From NCBI RefSeq assembly GCF_004010195.1, contig NC_057753.1, positions 7,741,304 to 7,803,303 on the forward strand: a stretch of 62,000 nucleotides of DNA, given 5' to 3'. The DNA is from Chiloscyllium plagiosum (lineage: Eukaryota). The notes beneath the pieces were generated by a model that worked only from the letters and a program-made list of their open reading frames with translations, was not told where the DNA came from and made no database searches. The position numbers were made by a program, and so were the translations under genes. Of this stretch, positions 52,650 through 62,000 are shown in pieces. Position 1 is the stretch's first letter. The number at the start of each line of letters is the position of its first letter.

Positions 52650-53095
52650 AAGAACACACCTTGGGGAAGTGTTGGCCCTCAGGTTTCCTGGATCAAAAGC
52701 CTACACGTTATGCTCTCAAAAGAAATGGCACCTGGAATTGTCAAAGCATTGATTATAATCTACAAGTTTCCTTTATTTCAGAAGGGTTTCAGCGGATTTG
52801 AATATAACAATTGTATTCGAGTTTTTTTTCAAAAAGGAAATGAGGCAGAATGGAAACAAGTATGCCAATGAAAGTAAAATTGGTCAAAGGGACAATCACC
52901 ATCATAACTTTGAAGGACATTGTAGCAGAATAGATGAAAACTCAAATGAGAAGAAATGTGCTAAGGTGACTTTGTCAAAGGGGAAATCATGTTTAGCAAG
53001 TCTGTTGACTTACATTTGTTTATGCAACATTCGTGGTGATTAAATAGTGCCAATTGATGTAGTATACTTCCATTTCCAAAACACACTATCTCCAG
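52650..53095 (+). mobile_element. Degenerate CR1 RT fragment
   Basis: KGKSCLASL and IDVVYFHFQ resemble the CR1 motifs KGKSCLTNL and VDVVYLDFQ. Confidence 0.55.
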
Positions 53096-53637
53096 TATGC
53101 ATTGCTATTGACCACCTGTCCCAATGTGACGTGTATGTTTGCATGGGTTGCTGTATGTCATTCTGTGCATTCCAAAACCTGAGAGATTCAGATAATGTCG
53201 ACAAGTCCCGTGATGTGCAACCGTTGACAAACAATCATGACGTGAAGTTGATGAAAATCAAAGGCATTCTAATTCAGAGATGCAGGATTGACGTCAACTT
53301 CTGTCCAATCCGAGTGAGGGACAAGGATGATGGACAGGCTGAGGTTTTTATGCGAGTGTCTCTGAGAGACTATGGTTAGTATTGGACTGGAGTTCGAAGT
53401 AGATGCTAACTGAGGCAGGCTTTTTGAAACAACACAGATTAGGGCAACATGCATATATGTGTCTATTAAACATGTTATCATTACAGTGTCAGGATTCATC
53501 TTAGTCCTGTTCCTTGGAGACAAATCACGCCACAAATATTGCCAAACAACAGTATCAAGCACATAGCAATTTCATTGTAAAAGGCTTCCGCCTCAGTCTG
53601 TTAATGCAGCAGGCAAGCCACTGGAGTACTGAAATTT

Positions 53638-53657
53638 CTGCAGACCTCACTTTCTCC
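53638..53657 (+). mobile_element. 20-nt micro-insertion of the PLE 3' tail with a 9-bp TSD
   Basis: CTGCAGACCTCACTTTCTCC is the exact reverse complement of 2891-2910 and 11447-11466. It is flanked by CTGAAATTT at 53629-53637 and 53658-53666. Confidence 0.8.
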
Positions 53658-53699
53658 CTGAAATTTTAAAACTAAAGTTGTAAAATTCTGATCAATTGA

Positions 53700-54608
53700 T
53701 CAATGAATGAAGTTGATCGCTTTACTAATTTGAGCAAAGGGATATTTCAGCACGTTCTTCAGCTGATGTCTGAATTTCGTTTGCGTCACAGCATAAATTG
53801 CGGTGTTTGTACAGCAACTGAGGAGCTGCAGCATGAACCCTAATTCCTGAATAAAACCAATGTAGATATATAAATTCATATCCACAATTATACATCCTAT
53901 TCCAGATGGAATAAATCATCAACATTGACCATAACACAATGAAATTTGACGAGATAACGAACAATAAAATTATAGATTTCTTTCGATTGTCCATCTCTGG
54001 GTCTCTGGGTCTCACTCCATTTGAATGATGCCGGAGTCTTCTGCGAACTCGGCTGGTCACAAAAATGTGTCTGACTGTGAAAATATTAAGCAACAGAATG
54101 AGTAGAAAAGGGAGGCCGGGGGTTGCAATGTGGTGGAGGAACTCGAAAGTGATCCAGACCCGAGAGTCAAAAACACCACTTGATATATAACAAAACCAGG
54201 GGTTGTTCACCAGCCAATACCGTGGAGTGAGCATAAAATACCAGAAAATGTTATTTAAACAGCCCAGCACAGTCACTGTTCCCAAAATCATAGCCGCCAT
54301 TTTCTCAGTACAATATTTATTTTTCAGTTTCTGGCAACAAATGGCTACAAATCGATCAAAGGTGAAAGTGACCGTGAACCAGACAGAACAGTCAGTAGCT
54401 GCATAAAGAAGGATAGCGTGGATGTTACATACGGGCATGGATCTCAAGAAATAAAACTGTTCCTGATAAACAATCGGAATGTGTCTTAAGATCAAATCGA
54501 GGATAATGACGAGAAGATCTGCCACTGCCATGGCCACCAGGTAACGACTCACACATGGAGACAATCCACAATTTGTATTAAGCAGGATGAAGATCGCTAT
54601 TGCATTAA
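53700..54608 (-). pseudogene. GPR139-like class A GPCR gene 3, exon 2, with a 1-nt frameshift (pseudogene or sequencing error)
   Basis: Acceptor CTCACAG|TT AAT GCA gives (V)NAIAIFILLNTNCGLSPCVSRYLVAMAVAD...SVWFTVTFTFDRFVAIC...RKKSIILLF. TM7 (QELGFMLQLLSCCTNTAIY) is in another frame. Removing one base of the A4 run at 53853-53856 restores ...YLHWFIQELG. Exon 1 was not found in the window. Confidence 0.85.
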
Positions 54609-55132
54609 CTGTGAGAAAGATAAACGAATATATTTTTTACAACATCCTGTAGTCAAAGATATCAGTTTGATTAAGGATCAATATTTTCAAGCGTATCCGT
54701 GTGTTCGGTGATTAATTGGAACACTTCGAGCTGAAATAACGAATGTGAAGAACTTAATTACTTCAACATAATAGAAAACCAAAAGGTCTCTCCCTCTTGA
54801 AACACACAGGCAAGTATTCATACGAAGGCATCATTTCAAAAACAAGTTTTTACCGTCCTAAATGATTCAGGCGTAATTCACTGAAGACGTTGTAAATTTA
54901 TGTCGTTCAGACTAAATAGTAATCGATATTCAACAGAGAAGGAAATAAACATAAGTACGCGACGGGGTGATGGAATACCTTTGAATTGTCTGTTCAGATG
55001 ATGAAGGAATGTTTGCTTGTCACTGGACGGGATCTCTTCACAGTGGAGCTTACTTAACTGACTTATGGGTATTCGAATCTAATTACAATTGTGGAGTGTC
55101 CTAGATAATGTCGGTTACCCGGTTTCATGACA

Positions 55133-55461
55133 TAAGATTAGATTACTTACAGTGTGGAAACATGGCCTTCGGCCCAACAATCCACACGGACCCTCCGAAG
55201 AGCAACCCACCCAGACCCATTCCCCTACATTTATACCTTCAACTAACACTACGGGCAATTTTAGGACTACAGCCAAATCACTTACCTGCACATTTTTGGA
55301 CTGTGGGAGGAAACCGGAGCACCCGAAAGAACCCCGCGATGACATGGGGAGAATGTGCAAACTCCACCCAGACTGTTGCCGGAGGCGGGAATTGACCCGG
55401 GATCTCTTGTGCTGTGAGGCAGCAGTACTAACCACTGTGCCACCGTGCCACCGTGCCGCCC
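55133..55461 (-). mobile_element. HE1/V-SINE (in the presumed intron of gene 3)
   Basis: Reverse-complemented SINE head, central domain and tail. Confidence 0.92.
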
Positions 55462-55574
55462 AACAGAAGTTTAGATAAAAATCATTTAAATGTGGCACTA
55501 TCTGCTTTTCCAATCTTCCGATTCTCAACAGAAGATTTTTTTTCACTATTGTGTGCGATTTTTTACCCAGGTAG

Positions 55575-56102
55575 TCTGTGTGTGTGTTTCCTATATGTAG
55601 GTATGTATGCATAAATGGTAGTCTACTTGTGTCTGTAAGTCGGCGTCAGTATGTGTGTGCGAGTGTGTGTCAGTTTGTTGATGTGAGTATCTATGCGTGA
55701 ATCCATGTGCGTGCGAAAGTGTGTATTTGAGTGTTTACATGGGTGTTTATGTGACTGTTTGTCATTTTCTAAATGTGTGCCTGTGTTTTTATGTGTTAAT
55801 GCATGTGAATGTTCAACCATTTGTGTGTGTCATTGTCCATTGTATTTATTTTCTTTTTGTGTGTGTGTCTGTGTATGTGAGTTGGTGTGCGTGTTGATAT
55901 CTAAGTGTGAATGCATGTGCGTGTCCCTCTTTTGTTTGTGTGCGTGCGAACGTGTCCATGTGAATGTTTGGCCAAGTGTCTTTATCAAGGTGAGGGTGCA
56001 TCTGCGTGTGAGTGCCTCTGTGTGAGTATTAATGTGAGTCTCAGTGTGCGTCTGTGCGAGTATGAGAGTGTGTGTGTGCGCGTGTGTATGTCTGTGCGTC
56101 TT

Positions 56103-56134
<32 letters not shown>

Positions 56135-56200
56135 TGTAAGTGTAAGAGTGCCTGTGTCTGTGTGTGTGGGTGTGTGCGTGTGCATGCACGTGCATGTTTT
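55575..56200. repeat. Degenerate (TG)n-rich low-complexity tract
   Basis: Imperfect TG/GA microsatellite. Confidence 0.9.
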
Positions 56201-57139
56201 TGCAAAAGGAAAAACATAAATGAACATGTCATAAATCGAACTTGTTCGCTCCTTATCTTTGCTTTTGTGTTTCTGTATTTTCTTTTGGTTATAAAACAAC
56301 TTATTTCCGCTTGGTTAAAAAAATGCTGACTCATTTGTTCTGAAATCGGAATCTAACATACTATAATACCTGTTTATTTGGCCACATACCTAACATTACA
56401 ATTTGTTCAGACCACAGATGAAGTATCACACAGTTGAAGAGAAATAGATAAACGAACTCTGGAAAGTGGAATTTACAAGTAAAAGTCAAACAACTGATGC
56501 GAAAATATTGACAAAACTTAAGTTGGCTCTTAAATCTTTAATCGGTTAGAATGCAGGTGCAGGTTTTGATTAATTATTATTCAAATACGAGAAATTCTTT
56601 CAAGTCACTGTCGCGAGATAACTTAAGGTTTTATCAGTATAAAAGAGGTGACATCTCAAATCAGCCAATGCATTTCAGGTGGGAGGCCGGGTGTAGAGTC
56701 AGTCAGTGTCTTAACCTGGTTAGAAATGTGTTTTATTTCCAATGGATGGATTTGTAAAATGCCACATTGACTGGCGAGTAGATCATAAGTCCATTCAGTC
56801 CCTCTGGGTCGTTTTTTGAGGCAGTAGGGGTGGTTCACTAACTCGTTATTCCTACATGGAATATAATTACCACTTCTGGACGATTGTATTGAAAGAAGTG
56901 AAAAACATATTTCAGTTTCAAGCATCTTTCCCATAAACAACAGGATATTTGCAGCAGAAATCAAGAATTGCTGGACAAACACAGAGGGTTAGGAATATTT
57001 CTGGTGAAACATCAGTTAATCCTTCTTCAGGATAAGAACGTTGCAGTGTTGATTTTTTTATTGTCAGGGAAATATTTCATAAAGGGAATGAGGTGCTGTA
57101 CAAGGGCGTGGTGAGAACACATTGCATACTCTGAGACGT

Positions 57140-57905
57140 TTATGACAGCTGGCCCCATTCATCTCTATTCCAATGTGCAATCTCCACGTTTACTCAGTGC
57201 CTCCCCATATGCCGACACCATCAATTCTTGAAACAATCTGGTGAACATCCTCTGCACCTCTTCCAGTTCCAAGACATCCTTTCACAAATAAGGAGCCGAA
57301 GACTATCCACAGTTCCCGGGGTGTGCCCTCAGTAGCATCCTATACAGCTATTATAAAAGCTCCTTATTTTTAAATCCGTCCTTTAGCATTGAACGACCGT
57401 ATTCTACTTATCTTCTTAATTAAGTGCTGCACCAGCAAACCAAACTTTTTGTGATTCATGCACATGGACGCCCAGGCACCTCTGCGCATCAGCATGTTGC
57501 AGTTATTTACAGTAATAATAACAGTACATTTTTTCTGCTATTTCCACGAGAATGGATTACCTCGCATTTACTGATTGTTTTTCTTCTGCCAGACCCTTGC
57601 CCGCTGACTTAACCTATTTAAATCCTTCGCACGCTTTCAGTCTACTCTGCACACATTGCTCTACTATTCTTTTTAGTTTCGTGTGCGAACTTTGAGACAA
57701 CTGCAGTTGGATCTCAACGCAAAATTATCGATGTGAATTGTAGTCAATTGTGGTACCAATACTTACCACTGAGACACATCATGAGCCAAGGATTGCAAAC
57801 CAGAAGATTACACATTTAACCCATTTATTTCTGTGAGATAACCAATCTTCTGTCCAAGTTAATGCATTACACGTAATGCCGTGTAACTTTATCTTAAGCA
57901 GCAGA
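57140..57905 (-). mobile_element. Degenerate CR1 fragment
   Basis: AATCTGGTGAACATCCTCTGCACC and similar blocks match the reverse-complemented CR1 C-terminal region. Confidence 0.6.
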
Positions 57906-58002
57906 CAATGATCAAACTTTATTCAAGCAGCTCAGCCGAATGCTGTTGCAAATGCTGACGGACAATTAAGTCAATAATTGAATTCAGCAGCGACTCAAAG
58001 AA

Positions 58003-58206
58003 GATTAGAGTAGTGCTAGAAACGCACAGCATCCGAGGATCAAGAAAACTGACGTTTCGGGCAAGGGCCATTCATCAGGATTCCTGATCAATGTTTTGCC
58101 CATATAGTCAATTGTCGTGCTCCTCAGATGCTGCCTGACCTGCTGTGCGTTTCCACACCATTCTATTATTGACTCCAATCTCCAGCATCTGCAGTACCGA
58201 CTTCCA
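58003..58206. mobile_element. Old PLE-derived fold-back mini-element
   Basis: A reverse hammerhead GACGTTTCGGGCAAGGGCCATTCATCAGGA (58051-58080) abuts TTCCTGATC. The mirrored arm ends ...CTCCAGCATCTGCAGTACCGACTTCC. Confidence 0.75.
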
Positions 58207-58282
58207 CCTAACTATTCAAAGAAGAAATGACTGAGAATATTTTAACCCAAGATATCAATAAAAGCAACGAGTATATCTATGG

Positions 58283-58528
58283 AGTCAGGTTTGTTCGCTG
58301 AGCTGGAAGGTTAGTTTCCAGACGTTTTGTCACCCGACGAGGTAATATCGTCAGTGGGCCTCAAGGCAAATGACTGTTCATGATTCCTGCTTTCTATTTA
58401 TACGTTCTATTTTCTGCTTTCTATTACCGAGGAGCGTGACGAAACATCTGCAAATGAACCTTCCAGCTCAGTGAGCAAACCTACATCCAGAGCCTCAACC
58501 TGAGCTGCAGATCTTCGCAAAACTCGCT
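58283..58528. mobile_element. Poseidon-type PLE 3'-end fold-back with hammerhead remnants
   Basis: Arms GGTTTGTTCGCTGAGCTGGAAGG and CCTTCCAGCTCAGTGAGCAAACC. Reverse hammerhead at 58318-58358. Homologous to 45480-45615. Confidence 0.75.
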
Positions 58529-59408
58529 CAGTATATATCTTTATGTACATTTCCACATGAGATGTTGCGTGGGCTCTCCATGATTCACCTTACTAAATTC
58601 CCGAATTTCATAAATAGCCTCCATCTAACATGAAACAATCCTAATGATATTTATCAGTGACTCAAGGCATTGAACACAGACCCTGACAACATCTGAACAA
58701 AAGCACAGAATAATTGTGATCATTAAAATCCGCGCCCTAACTAAGCCTTTTCATGATAGCTACACTCTGATATTTACATAATATCGTAGGAGATCCACTG
58801 GTTGTGTCTTATTTGCAACAAGTACAATAATCCAAACCCATTCAATGTTTTACTGTTGCTGAGTTAATGTTTCCAACAGGTGGAAAGTTTTGGGAGAGCA
58901 GTGACGTTTAAATCATTCCACAAATTTCCAAAACTTCTCTCCAATCAGCAATTATAAATAGTGAATGTAATGGATAATTCCCAACTGACGTCAGCCACAA
59001 AAACTCTTGAGAATTTCTAGAACATCTATGATAGATTCGCCCAACCGATTAGCACCCCACCCAGCACCTTCAACTTCAATTGTCTTTCCTATCTGCAAGT
59101 TGCATTATCCTTTTAGGGCTCACCAAGTCCCAATGTCAGGACATCAAATTATCCTTGTAAGGAAAAACATTGTGATTGTTATTGTCAAAAATCAAAGACC
59201 CGGCATATCAGAGTAGGAGTTTCTCAAGTCGAGAAAAACAGGATGACTTGGAAACGTGAAAACAGACTGCATAACAGGTGGCTTTGGATCTATTGGAATA
59301 TGGAAGTTTTATAAATGTCTTCGTCCTAATGTATAAATTCCTAACAAGAGGAAAAGAAGACACAGGAAGTTCCGAAACCACGAACCAAAACCTGCCTGTA
59401 TTTGAAAT

Positions 59409-59863
59409 AAAGTTAAAAATCACACAACACCAGGTGAGAGTCCAGCAGGTTTAAGTGGAAGCACACTAGCTTTCGGAGCGTCGCTCCTTCATCAGGTGGT
59501 AGTGGAGGGCTCTATCCTAACGCACAGAATTTATAGGAAAAATTTATAGTGTGATGTAACTGAAATTATATATTGAAAAATTGATTGTCTGTTGAGTCTT
59601 TTATCTGTTTGTTATCATGGTATTCAAACAGATAAAAGACTCATCAGACAATCAATTTTTCAATGTATAATTTCAGTTACATCACACTGTAAATCTTTGC
59701 TATAAATTCTGTGTGTTAGGATTGAGACCTCCACTATCACCTGATGAAGGAGCGACTCTCCGAAAGCTAGTGTGCTTCCAATTTAACCTATTGGACTACA
59801 ACTTGCTGTTATGTTAATTTTAACTTTGTACACCCCAGTCCAACACCGGCATCTCCAAATCAT
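59409..59863. mobile_element. Large PLE 3'-end fold-back (~200-bp arms) with one hammerhead in each arm
   Basis: 59409-59611 is the inverse of 59625-59827. Hammerheads CAC-CTGATGA-A-GGAG..CTCC-GAAAGCTA-GTG at 59738-59772 (+) and 59464-59498 (-). An unpaired ~36-nt tail runs to 59863. Confidence 0.88.
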
Positions 59864-60129
59864 GTTTTTGAGATTAAAAAAAATGTTGTTTGTGAATCTT
59901 AATTGGGAGTTTTATCGGACTAGTTTTATAGAATGGATGGTAAAATAAGTTAGAGAAATAAATTGTAATTAGTGGCTAGTTTACTATTGTCTGTTATACT
60001 TGAAGAAATAAAATTGTTAATTTTTACTTCACATACTTCTTCGCCGCTCGAATGCTTAAAGATCATTGCACGGGATAAATACATTCTGTGTTGCAGGTTT
60101 CAAGTTAAGCAGGATAGTTTAACCCGTGT

Positions 60130-61335
60130 TGTAACAGGGCAGGGCGGTAGAAGGAGCCTATATGGAATTCAGGAAGTCCTTTGATAAGATTGCATATAGC
60201 AGGCTTCTATGGAAAGTTCAATGGCATGCAATTCAGGAGGAGCTAGTAACTTGGTCACACAATTGTCTTGACCGTAGGAAACAGAGTGAAATAGTGGAAA
60301 GATGCCTGTCAGAATGGAGGCGTGTTACTGTTGGAGTGCCCCAGGGATTGGTGCTTCACCAATGCTGTTTGATACTGATATCAATAAATTGGATGAGAAT
60401 GTTCAAGGCATAATTACTAAATTTGAAGATGAAACTAAAATAGGCGGCATCGTGAACAGTGCAGGTTATCAGAAAGTTTTTCAGAAAGTACATCGGCTGG
60501 GCTGAGAAATGGCAAATGCAGTTTAATATGCGTAGGTATGAGGTCTTGCATTTTGGAAAGTCAAATAAATACAGGAGTTCATGGTAAATGGTAGTGCCTT
60601 AAGGTCTGTAATTCAGCAGAAGGAACCTGGAGTTCAGGTGCACGGTTCTCTGTAATTGGAGTCTCAGATAGATAGGGCAGTTGAGAAGGCTGTTGGCATA
60701 CTTGACTTCATCAGTCAGGATATTCAGTATAGAGGTTCTGACATTGTATTGCAGTTGTACATGACATTATTCAATCCAAACTTGGAGCATTGTGTTCCGT
60801 TTTGGTGGCCTTGCTGTAGGAAGGATGTTATTAAACTGAAAAAAAAAGTGCAGAAGAAGTATACAAGGACATTATCCAGACTCAGGTTTGAGTTATAGGG
60901 ACAGTTTGGGCAAGCCAGGAGATTTCTTTCATTTCATGTACAGGAGACTGAGGGAATATATGATTGAAGTTTATATGACTATGAGAGGCATGAATAGGGT
61001 GAATGCACTCAGTCGTTTTGCCAGGGTTGGGGAATGGAGGACGAGAGGGCATCAGTTTAAGTTTACAAGGGAAAGAATAAAAGGGAACCTGAGGGACAAC
61101 TTTTTACACAGAGTTTGGTATGCAAATGGAATGAGCTCCCAGTCAATTTTTTTTGACTCGGGTACATGAACAGCTTTTAAATTCATTTGCACAAATACAT
61201 GTATAGGAAAAAATGAGAAGTATGTAGGTCAAGTGTGTAAAAATGTGGTCAGCGTGAGTGGCCATGTCAATCAGCATGGACCACTTTACGCAAAAGGACT
61301 TGTCTCTGTGCTATCGGACTCGATGATTCTATAAG
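60130..61335 (+). mobile_element. Degenerate CR1 LINE RT plus 3' end
   Basis: EFRKSFDKI, VTVGVPQGLVL, KFEDETKIGG, LEHCVPFW and RTRGHQFK. Confidence 0.85.
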
Positions 61336-62000
61336 GTTATCCTGTAGACTCAAACACGTGAGTTTTATTATGACTTTATGTCGAGCATAGCATCAGAGAG
61401 GGAATACATCTTGTGATGTTACAAACGTCAAAACGTCCATAACTGCTCATGAATTGAAAGACTGAACCAAAGATAAATTAACACACGCAGAATGCGTCAG
61501 CAATGCATCAATACGAAATAAGCTGTTAACGGAGAAATGCAAGCTCTTACATAGTATTAGAAAGTAATTAGTCATGTCTTGGAAAGGAAGAAGTCGAAAT
61601 TGCATAAATTAAGTTGACTTGCCAACTGCTTCATGACTGGCTGCTTTCTGCAAGAAGAACACCTGAATGCCCTTCAGCAGAATTTAAGGAGTTAAGTAGT
61701 TTAAAACCGTATCTTCAAACATATAGTGGAGGACAAATGCAACAAGGAACGAATAAGTTACTTCTGACTGGAGTTTCAAGGGCTCCAAAAGCATAATAAA
61801 TATTTGGAACGGAAGGACTCCACAGAATCATCAATATATCTAAAAATAAACACTGTATAAGAATTGAACTTTAGATCTCTACTTCAGCAGAACTCTGCAG
61901 AACAACGTTTCATGAAGATTGAACCAGAACAATATACTGAGATGGTCACTGGAAAAATCGTGGCCAAGTTCCATCGTGAATCTGATAATATGGTGCAGAG

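Noticed and set aside
55623..56334. His/Thr- and Cys/Val-rich ORFs
   Set aside because: Translations of the (TG)n/(CA)n microsatellite. The same applies to ORFs at 32463-32772.
54609..62000. Search for exon 1 of receptor gene 3
   Set aside because: No minus-strand segment encoding ..YYP.L...GVP followed by GT was found. Candidate donors near 57765 and 59120 lack a suitable frame, so exon 1 is probably beyond the window or lost.
1..62000. CRISPR arrays or prokaryotic operons
   Set aside because: No regularly spaced repeat-spacer structure. The content is clearly vertebrate genomic DNA.

Overview
This is eukaryotic, repeat-rich vertebrate DNA, almost certainly from an elasmobranch (shark or ray). 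That is inferred from HE1/V-SINE-type SINEs, abundant CR1 LINEs and Penelope-like elements (PLEs). The only host genes are three paralogous class A GPCRs of the GPR139/GPR142-like type. Two are intact two-exon genes on + (15275-15344/15743-16662 and 33337-33406/35950-36869, 329 aa each) and share a compact promoter with homeodomain-like, O/E(EBF)-like and TATA motifs. The third, more divergent, is on - (exon 2 at 54608-53700), carries a 1-nt frameshift, and its exon 1 was not found. The rest is nested transposon debris: CR1 LINEs, Tx1 fragments, Gmr1-type (integrase-before-RT) LTR retrotransposon remnants with solo LTRs, four to five SINEs and a tRNA-Ser(TGA) pseudogene. There are also many short PLE-derived elements from at least three lineages, carrying minimal hammerhead ribozymes, often as fold-backs; the young copies have ~9-bp target-site duplications. 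A near-perfect ~285-bp palindrome lies ~540 bp upstream of the second receptor's TATA box. Repeat boundaries were read by eye and are approximate.
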